This document shows, piece after piece, positions 11,647 to 23,789 of a stretch of 64,000 bases of DNA; the stretch's first letter is position 1; each line of letters starts with the position of its first letter. Source of the DNA: Octopus sinensis (Eukaryota); NCBI RefSeq assembly GCF_006345805.1, contig NC_043001.1:13578001-13642000 (forward strand). Direction: 5' to 3'. The notes beneath the pieces are model-generated. The model had not been told where the DNA came from, ran no database searches, and saw nothing but the letters and a program-made list of their open reading frames with translations. The position numbers and the translations under genes were made by a program.

Positions 11647-12162
11647 AGAGAGTGGGCGTGAGGATGTTATATATTGAAACAGTTATTAAAATCTATGAGA
11701 GCAGATTTCGGTTTTGCTTTAAATTTTTCGTTTTTAAAATATATTAAACATTCTTAACGATAAGTAATGAATATTCACTGATGCTTCCCTTTTTTTTATA
11801 AACTTAAGGTTTCACAACCTGAAAGCGTCGCAATATTCGACTTAAAATACTTTTACGCATCAATATTCTTGCAAAACAAATAAAATCTATACTCGCGCGC
11901 ACGCATGTAGTGACGCCCTTACAGCTGCACACATTCATATGCAGTTAAAACCCCAAGTATGTGGTGTAGTCGTAGAGACACTAAAGCGATATACGCCGTT
12001 GTTTTGCATCTTTAATTGAGAACTGCTGGTGTTTATTTCTCTTCAGTGGTGTCACCGTTCTTCTGGTAAGTGAGACAAAGGGAAGAAGACGATCTCAGTT
12101 TCAGAGTTAGGAAAACAGGGAGGAGGGATTCGGTCTGTTCCAGTTCAGGACCAATACGTTAC

Positions 12163-12764
12163 ATATTTCTTTACTACCCGCAAGGGGCTAAACATAGAAG
12201 GGACAAACAAGGACAGACAAAGGGATCAAGTCGATTTCATCGACCCCCAGTAGGAAACTGGCACTTTATTTATCGGCCCCGATATAATGAAAGGCAAAAT
12301 CGACCTCAAGGTAATTTGAACTCACAACCTAACGACAGACGAAATACCTATTTCCTTACTACCCACAAGGGGATAAACACAGAAAGTGCAAACAAGGACA
12401 GACAAACGGATTAAGTTGGTTACATCGACCCCAGTGCGAAACTGGTTCTTTATTCATCAACCCCGAAATGATGAACGGCAAAGTCAACCTCAGCAGAATT
12501 TGAATTCCGAACATAATAGCAGACGAAATACCTATTTCTCTACTACCCACAAGGGGGTAAACACAGAAGGAACAAACAAGGACAGACAAACGGATTAAGT
12601 CGAATATATTGACCCCACTGCGTAACTAGTACTTATTTAATCGGCTCCGAAAGGATGAAAGGCAAAGTCGACCTCGGCGGAATTTGAACTCAGAACGTAA
12701 CGACAGATGAAATACCGCTAAGCATTTCGCCCGTCGCACTAACGTTTCTGCCAGCTCGCTGCTT
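12163..12764 (-). mobile_element. SINE family A, head plus three tandem 184-bp units
   Basis: GAAATACC at 12341, 12525 and 12709 (period 184). The junction GAAATACCTATTT is the same as in the 2595-3002 copy. Confidence 0.9.
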
Positions 12765-12914
12765 CAGGAACAATACATTATAGGGTTCAAATAGGGTTCG
12801 AAACGATAGCATGAGCTTAAGTTGAATTTAACGAACAAACAATAGCTATTATTGCCGCTCAGCAATATATCTCTCGATTCAATTAATTTGAAAATGCTGG
12901 TGTATATAATATAT

Positions 12915-13375
12915 CGATTTCTAATTTCAGCACACACCCAGCAGTTTAGGAGGTGGGGGTGTGTCGATTGTATGGATACCAGGGTTCAACGAGTAATTAT
13001 TTAATAGATCCCGAAAGGATGACAAGTGAAGTCTACCTCTGCGGAAGCTGAGCATAGATGGACGAAATGCTGCTAAGCATTTTACCCGACACACTATTGA
13101 TTCTATTTGCTCGCCACCTTACTCTCTGTAATATATTGTTTTCTTCTCTAAGCACAAGGCCCATAATTTTTTTGGGGGGTGGGGGCGTGAAGGCAGTCGA
13201 TCAGCTCGACATCAGTATGCAACTGGTACTTAATTTATCGACCCCGAAAGGATGAAAGGCAGAGGTCGATCTGGGCAGAATTTGAACTCAGAACGTAGAC
13301 AGACGAAATGCCGCTAATCATTTCCCTATCAATTATATTTGCTCGCCGCCTTACCCTCTGTAATATATTGTAATA
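12915..13375 (-). mobile_element. Two tandem A2-type SINEs sharing 5' flank (local duplication)
   Basis: Both heads are followed by ..tatttgctcgcc(a/g)ccttac(t/c)ctctgtaatatattg (near 13105-13138 and 13337-13370). Confidence 0.7.
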
Positions 13376-14275
13376 TTAACTCAGCCATTTACTAAGATTA
13401 TATATGCAGTTTGTAGAAAACGCTTCTGTGGTTATACAAATATTTTAAAAACAAATATCAAAAAGAAAAATCAATTAAAATTGATAGAAATTCAGAAAGG
13501 TTTTATTGCTGTCGTTTACCATTCTTATTGCTTCCGATTTTTGTCAATCTACGAGGGGGTCCGTTCTTCAATAGTTTCCATATATTAATTATGTGGGTGC
13601 TTTTATGATTGTCTCACCAAATTATTGATACAATACTTTCTAATTTCCAGGAAATATTGATGAAATAACCTGTGGTGCCTTCTATATTGCTTTCTATACG
13701 TAGACGTTACTTCTCTCTCCTTTTCTGGTGTAGTCTTGCTAAATCAATCAGCGTTTAATTCTGATTATCATAACTGTATTTTAATTCAGTGTCTATGTGA
13801 ATATTTATGCCATTTAGCTTTAGTCTACCGATTTCACTTGGTTATTAAATACAAATCTTAATGCGTCAATAATGTCCTTAGCAAATCTTTTCTTTCACTT
13901 GTATGGTTGTAAAATCGTGACTTGTCATTTAATTCAAGTTATTTCTATGTGATTAGTTTAATTATGTTATCTCTTCGTTTTGACATTAATATTTTGATTT
14001 ATATTTCCTTCTTTCAATGTTGCATTGTGCTTTGTAGTGAAATATCTAACGAGTTTTTAGAGTATTTCAAAGAGGTTTATCGTCTTCAGTGGAGAAGAAA
14101 TAGTTCATAGAAACATATCATCTGAGGTATTATCATATTGACTGTAGGCGATCCGGTTATAATTTTGTATAGATTGTCTGATGAATTGACTTTATCCTTG
14201 AAGATTAAGATGCGTTTTACAAGAATTCACGCTATTCAGAGTTTGGTTTCGAACCTTGCAATACATTATTCTCTT

Positions 14276-14672
14276 TTACTCTTTTACTTGTTTCAGTCAT
14301 TTGACTGTGGCCATACTGGAGCACCGCCTTTAGTCGAGCAAATCGCCCCCAGGATTTATTCTTTGTAAGCCTAGTACTTATTCTATCAAACTCTTTTGAT
14401 GAACTCCTAAGTTACGGGGACGTAAACACACCAGCATCGGTTGTCAAACGATTTTGGGGGGACAAACACAGACACAAAAACATATACACACTCACACATA
14501 TACATATATACTACGGGCTTCTTTCAGTTTCCGTCTACCAAATCCACCCACAATGTTCGGTTGGTCCGAGTCTATAGTAGAAGACACTTGCTCAAGGTAC
14601 TACGCAGTGGGACTGAACCCGGAACCATGTGTTTGTAAGCAAGCTACTTATCACACAACCACTTCTACGCCT
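14276..14672 (-). mobile_element. SINE family B, full length
   Basis: All family B modules present in reverse orientation. Confidence 0.9.
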
Positions 14673-14810
14673 ACATTACGTATTGTAACTAATTCTGTGA
14701 ACCTGTTAAATATTTTAACCAGACAGTGGAGTATCACAACATTATCAACTCCAGAATTAAATTCTTAGCTTCGGCTATTTGTAAATTTAGAGTTGGCATG
14801 GCATTTCTTA

Positions 14811-15026
14811 TTTCTTTACTCCCCACAAAGGGCTAAACACAGAGGGGACAAACAAAGACAGACAAACGGATTAAGTCGATTACATCGACCCCAGTACGTA
14901 ACTGGTACTTATTTGATCGACTCCGAAAGGATGAAAGGCAAAGTCGACCTCGGCGGAATTTGAACTCAAAACGTAGCGGCAGACGAAATACCGCTGAGCA
15001 TTTCGTCCGGCGTGCTAACGATTCTG
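14811..15026 (-). mobile_element. 5'-truncated SINE family A with 17-bp TSD
   Basis: TGGCATGGCATTTCTTA at 14794-14810 and 15027-15043. Confidence 0.9.
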
Positions 15027-15210
15027 TGGCATGGCATTTCTTAAACATAGAAACCCAAATCCTTTTTTATACTTCTCGCCGTGTCAAGCAGAGGGCCGTG
15101 CTTTAGAAGAGGATTATGTTTATTTAACTGATATTCCAGATTCTTTGGTGTTCATATTTAATTTTTTTGCAAATTTGCCATGTTCTTTCCCTACCACTCT
15201 GGAATCAAGT

Positions 15211-15547
15211 TGTGCAGTAATTCCAAATGAACAAGTGGATGAGTTTATGGAAAGGTGCGAAAGGAAGGACTAGGGAATAATTGAAGTGGATATGGATGAA
15301 AAGACGATGAAAGAATTTGAAGAGAGATTTGAGAGGATAGAGGTGAAGGCATATTTTATTGAGACTGAGCAAAACTGAAGGACAGGTAAGTGATGCTAGC
15401 GGATGGGGCCGTTAGCACCACTTTCATATATCATTTTCATTAATTCATTTTACCCATATTTATGTAATTGTAATTGTGATGTTTTGTGCCCCAATGTTTG
15501 TACTGTCCAATTCTGTGTAGTCCCTCGTGGGTAATAAAAAAAAATCA
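15211..15547 (+). mobile_element. Poly(A)-tailed retro-insertion with 16-bp TSD (probable L1/Tx1-type 3' end)
   Basis: CACTCTGGAATCAAGT at 15195-15210 and 15548-15563. The insert ends ..ccctcgtgggtAATAAAAAAAAAA. Residual frame ..MDEKTMKEFEERFERIEVKAYFIETEQN*. Confidence 0.75.
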
Positions 15548-15867
15548 CACTCTGGAATCAAGTGTGTAAGCAACATCAATTAAGTTTTCTTTTCATTGAA
15601 TACAACAGTATTTTGTTGTGAAGTTTTAGTTCGCTTATAAGTTTGAAGTTTGATACTCCTTATAAAATTTTTGCGATCATTTTCAAGGAATTCTCCTGTT
15701 TTGCAATCCTTACAATTGTTTCAATCTTCAAATCTATTGTTCTAAAACATTTATCCATGCATCATTAAAGCGAACTTATCGTGTCGCTAATTATAGATCA
15801 TCTGGCCTTGCCATCATCCATTTCTAGATAGCTGCACATAAAAGATATTTAATACACTTTTTCTCTT

Positions 15868-16232
15868 TTAATTGTTTCAGTCATTTGACTGTGGCCATAC
15901 TGGAGCACGGTCTCTAGTCGAACAAATCGATCCCAGGATTTATTCTTTGTAAGCCTGGTACTTATTCTATCGGTCTCTTAGCCGAACCGCTAGGTTATGG
16001 TGCCGTAAACACAGCCGCATCGGTTGTCAAACACAGACACACACACACACACACATATATACATATATACGTCAGGCTTCTTTCAGTTTCGTCTACCAAA
16101 TCCACTCACAAGGCTTTGGTCGGCCCGAGGCTATAGTAGAAGACACTTGCCCAAGGTGCCACGCAGTGGGACTGAACCCAGAACCATGTGATTTGTAAGC
16201 AAGCTACTTACCACACAGCCTCTCCTACGCCT
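15868..16232 (-). mobile_element. SINE family B
   Basis: Family B modules in reverse orientation. Confidence 0.9.
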
Positions 16233-16461
16233 AATTAAAATCTGTATTCGCTTGGATTTATTCATCCGTGCAAAATGTACAATATTTTACAGTCTCTCCT
16301 AATTGGCAGAACTTGTAGAACGTCAGTCCGTTTGCCGCTCACTTTCCATTGTGCTTAACACTGATTACTCTGTCCCACCATTTCTTCTACTTAGTTTGCT
16401 ATCAACTACTCTGTAGTCTAAATGTACATATTTATATCTGCTCTCTATATATCATTTTGTA

Positions 16462-16770
16462 AGGGTGCGTGGTTCAATCTTTAGAGTATTCGAGCTGCAA
16501 CGAAACTCGATTTCTGGTAAGACATTATATCCTTGAACAAGACACTTTATTTTACGTTGCTCCAGTATTCAGCTACCAAAAATAAGTTGTACCTGTAATC
16601 CAAAGGGCCAGCATTCTCACATTCTATGTCACGTTTAACCTCCTTGAAAACTACGATAACGTTACACGTGTCTGTGGAGTTCTCAGCCACTTGAACATTA
16701 ACTTCACGAGTAGACTATTCCGTTGAACAAGTCAAATGAAGCAAACGTCGACGTTACAGACAGAGCGCCA
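16462..16770 (+). mobile_element. Degraded SINE family C (core 2 + tail b)
   Basis: ..ccttgaacaagacacttt..aaagggccagc..gtctgtggagttctcagccacttg. Confidence 0.7.
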
Positions 16771-17063
16771 GTTTTTAAGCATCACTTCGAAAATTTTCAG
16801 CTTTCCTTCGCATCAGCAACTACATTGATAAGTTTCTAATCCGATTTTTTCAATCACATATGTTTATTTTGCAAACTTTCAGTTTTACAGAAACTTATAT
16901 TTTTTCTATTCTAATATCATATTTACTAACTGCTTTGTATCATCTTTTACAACATTCATATTTCACTCTTCTTACACGTTTTACACTCTTTGTTTTAATG
17001 ATGCTGACTTTTCTGAGTACACCTGCATTACAGAGTTGTGGCTTACCCATCTACTGCGATGAC

Positions 17064-17122
<59 letters not shown>

Positions 17123-17487
17123 TTATGTTTGACTTTTGCTTTACATTTGTACAAGTTGGCTTGAGAGATCTCAAGAGACAACAGATTGGAAGTTCATGCT
17201 GGTGTTATGCCTAGGATGCCATATATTTGGTTTTGTACATAGTGTTGTTCTAGAGGATGTTTAAGAAAGCATAAGAAAATTATGTTTGTTTTAAAACTTG
17301 AGATTACATAGAATGTATTTTGCGTAGGATGTGAGCAATTTCCATGGACACTATCTTTTGAAAATATAAAACTTTTAGTGGGTTTCCGAGTATCTGAGCT
17401 AGGTAGCAATCAGCCCCTTTTACTATCATTTCCAGGGCAACTATGACAACAAGTATTGTTTTAGTCCTTAGGTTCCACATTTGGAAA
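17123..17487 (-). pseudogene. R4/Dong-type (RLE) non-LTR retrotransposon 3' fragment between (AAT)n tracts
   Basis: FQMWNLRTKTILVVIVALEMIVKGADCYLAQILG..FQKIVSMEIAHILRKIHSM* resembles the Dong/R4 C-terminus (MW..K..V.PVVIGALG....LQK..LLGTAHILRK.L). ATT repeats flank both sides. Confidence 0.75.
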
Positions 17488-17531
<44 letters not shown>

Positions 17532-17532
<1 letters not shown>

Positions 17533-17978
17533 GAGTGAGAGAGCAATGCATGCCATCAAAGTAACACGGTTAAAATATACGAAGCCCAGTATACCCATCA
17601 TGATTACCCGTCTGATAATGGTACACTAGGCACATGCACCACAACCATATGCGCGCGACATGGTGGTCTCATATCAACAAAGACAGCACATGACCATGCA
17701 GGTGGGGCCCAGTTAGAATTTTCTTCTAGTCGAGTAACCCATTCCGCTCAAAAGGTCCCTGAATAAGGTTTGTTTAAGGATGTTGAACGAAACACCCATG
17801 CTTTTCGAGATGAATTATTCTAACCCCAAAGAATCCCTCTCAACACATGGCTATGATGCTCCCCTACTACTTCTGCTTGTCATCAGAGATGCATATATCG
17901 CCAGTCACCAAGGGACATACTCAACTGGTTATGGTTAAACAAATGGCAAGCAAATCTGTGGTATTGAGCAGAATTTTT
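17532..17978 (-). mobile_element. Non-coding (AAT)n-tailed retroelement, family D
   Basis: Homologous to 18251-18500 and 52100-52476. The 3' end ..gatggcatgc..ctcactc runs into (AAT)n. Confidence 0.8.
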
Positions 17979-17995
17979 GTTGTTGTTGTTGTTAA

Positions 17996-18207
17996 GGCGG
18001 TGAGATGGCAGAAACGTTAGCGTGGTGTACGAGTTGCTTAATGTTACTTCGCCCATGGCTACGTTCTGAATTCACATTCCGCCGAGGTCGACTTCGCTTC
18101 TCATCCTTTCGGGGTTGATAAATTAAGTACCAGTGAAACACTGGAGTCTATGTGATCGAGTAGTCTCCTCCCCACAAATTTCAAGCCTTGTGCCTCCACT
18201 AAAATAG

Positions 18208-18210
<3 letters not shown>
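17996..18210 (+). mobile_element. SINE family A (A2 tail)
   Basis: GGCGGTGAGATGGCAGAAACG head, core and A2 tail. Confidence 0.8.
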
Positions 18211-18249
<39 letters not shown>

Positions 18250-18250
18250 T

Positions 18251-18500
18251 AATGAGAGAGCATTTGTACACATGTACAAATATGCGAAACCTAATATATG
18301 CATCATAACTACCTGTCTGATGAGAGTACACCAGGCACATGCATCAGAACCATATGTGCGCGAAATGGTGATCTCATATCAAGGAAAACAGTATATGACG
18401 TTAGAGGTAGGGGCCCAGTTAGAATTGTTTTCAGGCCGCTCAAAAGGCCCCTGAATAAGGATTGTTTTATGGATAATGAACAAAATACCCACGTCTTAAG
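18251..18500 (-). mobile_element. Family D, partial
   Basis: Diverged match to the 3' half of 17532-17978, abutting (ATT)n. Confidence 0.7.
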
Positions 18501-19182
18501 TTATAAGTGATGTATTTCGACACGCGCAATACATTCACAATAGATTCAGCCTGAATCTCAGCTATACCGCATTCATCCGACTGTACAATGAGTTTCATTC
18601 CACAAACTCATTTAAGTTGCGAAATCAAAGTAAATGTCATGTCATTTTATGCGTTCCTATATTTTGATCGATTGGAACCCTGTTCGAAAGAGCGCGCCCT
18701 TCGTGGTATTGAGCAACTTTGCCCTCCAAATCACTCAATGAATGGTCTCTGCAAATATAATTTCATTTGTTAGAATGGAGCTTCTACATGAAAGACAACG
18801 CATCGATGAATCTCGGATAGCGGTTAATGGCTGATGTCTAGCTGTTTGCAAACAAAATACGTGTCCATCTGTGCTAAGCATGTTCTGCTTTTGTGAACAT
18901 ATCCTTTCTACTAATTACCTGAAAACACAACTCAAAGCAATCCCAGTTGTGACTCATATACTAAAAGGTCAGAATTCTTTTAAAAACCTGTTTTCTTTGA
19001 AATATATGATCCTTGAAAATCTGCTTTCATCAGCTTTAGTAAATGGTGTCTTTTATGTGCATTTTTGAAGAAGAATGCAATTCTCAATTTCATTGATTGT
19101 TTGTGACAGTTGACTCGAATTACATAGAAATTTCCACATCTATTCGTTTCAATATTTGTTTGCATTCATCCGAGTTAATTTG

Positions 19183-19245
19183 CTAGTTAGTTAGTTAAAT
19201 TTTTGGCTCAAAAAGCAAAAAGCAAGGCCATGTAGGGAGGAGTTC
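19183..19245 (-). mobile_element. CR1-like LINE extreme 3' tail
   Basis: ..aaatttttggc..aaaaagcaaggccatgtaggg matches the tail at 34130-34165; (AACT)n tail. Confidence 0.6.
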
Positions 19246-20214
19246 TCATAGGGAGTTCTCATAGTCGCTTGTTTGAATGCCTTGAAGTGTCCAAAAGCAA
19301 ATAAATGTGTACATATACGTATATAGTTAACGTTATGTCATGGTAGTCGGTCGCGTATGATGATTCCGTTCTAATAAATAGAGACCTATTTCAGCAGAAG
19401 GTTCCATGTAGCTCTCAACCATTTAGGAAATTTTGACGGTTTGATGAGTAGATCTACATTAGAAGTTTACATCGTTGGCCTCATGGATAATGAGATAATC
19501 CCATCGGTCAGCAAAATTCTAAAGATTCTTTTTGCTGTCTTTCCCGCGATGAAGTCCTAATCCCAATTACAAGATTGGAAATGTATTCCGGGAAATATTC
19601 ATAACGAATTCGTTAAACTTAAAAAAGACAGCTGCCCTCGACCAGTTTCAAATTCCAGTCGCTAACTTACTTTCTGTTCTTTGTATTCTACGAACCTGTT
19701 TTGAATGTGCACTTTCTCAAAATAGGATGTCATTACCTGAGTCGACACCCTGGATGCTGCTTGCATGGCTAATTTTATGGTGCATTGAATGTAAGCGAAG
19801 AAACAGTAACTTTGGGTTTAAGAACGATTCCTACATTCTATAACATCGTCAGACATCATCAATGTTATTTACGAAGCGGTAAATTTTTATCCCCAATTAA
19901 ACGTGGATTTTTTATAGGAACAAACTTTACTGCGGTAGTTACAATGAAAGAAACCCTCGCATTAGCTTTTGGGAGCAAAGTGCACTTTTATTAGTCGAAA
20001 ACACGTGATCTGGTGGTCCCGGCCCTGGAGGCTATAGAGATTTATCTCAGAACTAGCAATACAAACAAGAGTGCATTTTGCACCAAAGAGCCCATATGAG
20101 AGTTTCTCTCATGGTATCTACTTCAGTATAGTTTGCTCTAACAGAACATCCACGATTCAATGGTGATAAATATTATCTTTTGTTATTTATATTGCCTCTC
20201 TCGCAAATGCCTCT

Positions 20215-20642
20215 CTTTTACTCTCTACTTGTTTCAGTCGTTTGACTGAGGCCATGCTGGAGCACCACCTTTAGTCGAGCAAATCGACCCCAGGACTTAG
20301 TCTTTTGTAAGCCTAGTACTTATTCTATCGATCTCTCTTGCCGAACCGCTAATTGATGAGAACGTAAACACACCAGCATCGGATGTGAAGCGATGTCGGG
20401 GGGACAAACACAGACACACAAACACATACACACACACACACTCATACACACACACACACCGCATACATATACATATATACGACAGGCTTCTTTCAATTTC
20501 CGTCTACCAAATTCACTCTCAAGTCTTTGTTCGGCCCGAGGCTATAGTAGAAGACATATGCCAAAGATGCCACGCAATGAGACTGAACCCGGAAACATGT
20601 GGCTGGTAAGCAAGCTACTTACTACACAGCCACTCCTTCGCC
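20215..20642 (-). mobile_element. SINE family B
   Basis: Family B modules in reverse orientation. Confidence 0.9.
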
Positions 20643-21167
20643 TATTATTTACTTAGCCTGTACCTTACAATCTCGAGAAATCACAGATCTGAAACGAAAA
20701 TCAGTGTTTCATTAATTAAGTTTGTTAAAATAGATGTTACATATTCACGAAAAATTCAACAATTGCAAAGATTCAATTATACTCAAGGATGATTAAAAGT
20801 AATTAATAACTTTTAGAAAAAAAATCACAAAGATGGAAGATTAATTGAAAATTAGCATGATTTTTACAAAATGATTGGAAATGATACGAGGAAGGCATGA
20901 AGAAGAGATTACGAAAAATTATTTGCAAGAATCTCCTGTGAAAAAATGACGACACGTTTCGCAGATATATTGGAGAATTATAACTTCAATTTAAAATATT
21001 TGAATAATCTTAAAATGTGTGTTACTTCCACGGTGAGAAATATAAGACACTAAACGGATAAGTAAGGAAGTGTCCAGTATTGTTTAATTCTATTTCAAAT
21101 ATACAGAACCCACTTCACATGCAAATTACAAGGAGGAAATATGATATACTCGATAAATGTGTATAGA

Positions 21168-21558
21168 ATGGAGGCGCAATGGCCCAGTGGTTAGGGCAGC
21201 GGACTCGTGGTCATAGGATCGCGGTTTCGATTCCCAAACCGGGCGTTGTGAGTGTTTATTGAGCGAAAAAACCTAAAGCTCCACAAGGCTCTAGCAGGGG
21301 ATGGTGGTGATCCCTGCTGTACTCTTTCACCACAACTTTCTCTCACTCTTACTTCCTGTTTCTGTTGTACCTGTATTTCAAGGGGCCGGCCTTGTCACTC
21401 TCTGTGTCACGCTGAATATCCCCGAGAACTACGTTAAGGGTACACGTGGCTGTGGAGTGCTCAGCCACTTACACGTTAATTTCACTAGCAGGCTGTTCCG
21501 TTGATTCGGATCAACCGGAACCCTCATCGTCGTAACCGACGGAGTGCTTCAAAAAAAA
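21168..21558 (+). mobile_element. SINE family C (core 1 + tail b) with 13-bp TSD
   Basis: AAATGTGTATAGA at 21155-21167 and 21559-21571; A-rich tail. Confidence 0.9.
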
Positions 21559-22100
21559 AAATGTGTATAGAGTCGCCGTCCAAACTTTGATTTTTCATTG
21601 AAGGAACGAACCTTTGCAGTGATTCAAAAAAATATTTTCAATCACCAAACATTTATCACAACATTAATTTCAATTGAATGCGTAATTGAATGCGTAAACA
21701 TGAGTCTCAGTCACAGTTTGTGAAACTTTCTTCGATTCAATAGAGTAAATATTTTACTCTATTTAGGTGTCGGAGGTCAATTTACTCCAATTAATTTTGT
21801 ACCTACTTGATCGCATATATATGTAAGTGTATGCAAGCGCATGTGGTCTATTGACGTTTTGTTTTTTTTGTTTTTTCCTGCCGCTTCCTTCTTCCCTTTG
21901 AACTTTCCTGTGTTTGTTGTACCCAAAGAAGAGCTATACTCGAAACGCAAATCAACTACTCTTTCCCTTCTCCATGCGTCATATTAATGCTTGGCTAGTG
22001 CCACGTTCTCTCGTTTGTTTGTTTACTCCTTTTTCCGTTTTCTTTTTGTATTTTGAATTAACTACACACACATATACACACACGGACACACGGACACACA

Positions 22101-22138
<38 letters not shown>

Positions 22139-22142
<4 letters not shown>

Positions 22143-22371
22143 AAATAATATGTCACAATTATTCGGTAGCCAAGATAAAACTCTGGTTTCGGATGCCGAC
22201 GTTGAAATCCAGATAACCGAAGAGATGGTGGTGTGGATTCCACATCGGCATCCGATACGCAGAGTTTTATTTTGGCTACCGAATAATTGTCACATATAAT
22301 TTTACAGATAAATTCCTCTATTTACATAATATTGAGGGCTCTTTCTTTCTTTTGTTATCTTACCGTTTTTA

Positions 22372-22376
<5 letters not shown>
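22139..22376 (+). mobile_element. Short TA-flanked element with HHR-like fold and inverted 5' duplication
   Basis: 22139-22200 is an inverted copy of about 22245-22308. The forward part carries GATAA-CCGAAGA-GATG..CATC-C-GATAC-GCAGA-GTT-TTAT. A second family member lies at 61815-61983. Confidence 0.7.
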
Positions 22377-22410
<34 letters not shown>

Positions 22411-22414
<4 letters not shown>

Positions 22415-22510
22415 GAGGGGGAATTGAACGCTGCTAGCTTTAAAGGTATCGCAAATGCCTGGTTGGGGGCCAAAACTCCCGAGTTCTTTTACAGCATTTA
22501 GAAAAACTGA
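22411..22510 (+). mobile_element. Mariner-type terminal fragment
   Basis: Starts TACGAGGGG and shares ..aaaact(c/t)ccgagttcttttacag with 59871-59995. Confidence 0.45.
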
Positions 22511-22619
22511 ATGACGTTGCAAATAGTGTGTACATATGAGAGGGGGATATGTTGTACAAGATCATATTTTAGTGATCCTCCTGTTTCCTTATTACCCAGA
22601 GAGGTGCTCTGGGTAATAA

Positions 22620-22865
<246 letters not shown>

Positions 22866-23789
22866 TAATGGCGAAGCTAATCCAGAAAGAGCCGACGTCG
22901 AGCAGTCTTAACTGATGATGTAACGGAAATTGGCAAAACTAACGTTTCAATACTATGAATTCTCGATCGTCACTTTTTGATTATGGTCCTTGTTAGTGCA
23001 TATGTGTTTCTTCTTGTGCGTTAACTACAGCATTAGAGCAGTTCAGCTCTTATTTCTAGCAACGTAGGTGTTTCCTATCACCGTAGTAGTATCTAGTGAC
23101 ATTTGTAATTCGCCTTTTTGCTGAAAACTTTCAAATTGCTGTTTATATGAATTTATACAGATAGATAGATAATTATATGTATATGTAATTATATTAAAGG
23201 TAGTGAGAAGCAGCACATACATACTATAAATAGGCGTCAAACGACTCTAAAAACCACTACAAATTACACTCCATTAGCATAAGTCTGACATCAATGGAAT
23301 AAGCATAAGAGATTTATTAAACCTTTTTTTTCAGGCTAATTCAAGATCGTCCGATTTCTGGTTTAGTAGTACAATTATTTAACCATCATCAGCAGAATAT
23401 ACCAAAAGTACGTAAGTGCAAATATACATATATACACATACACAAATGCATGCGTATATATACTAAACTATACATATATTCACACATATTATTCATCTCA
23501 AATACGTGCGTATTTCATCAAGATAATACCGCAGTAAATATCAGAATCGGAGAGAATATATGAATATATATGCATACATAATTAAGAGAATAAAATCAAT
23601 TAATGATCTTTTCCTTTATTGATTTTATCCTTAATTATGTATGCGTATATATATGTTATGAGAGGTAATAGTGTCAGTGACACCCAAATACAATATCCCT
23701 GCTTATCTCACATCTATTTTCATTCCTCCACCTCACTCTCTACTTCGTATCTTATCTAAAATAATTTTTGCTTAACCATCTTCTCACAC

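Noticed and set aside
22907-22950. CTGATGA-TGTAA..TTGGCA-AAAC-TAAC-GTT hammerhead-like string
   Set aside because: G12 is missing, and stems I and II are both mismatched; too degenerate to call.
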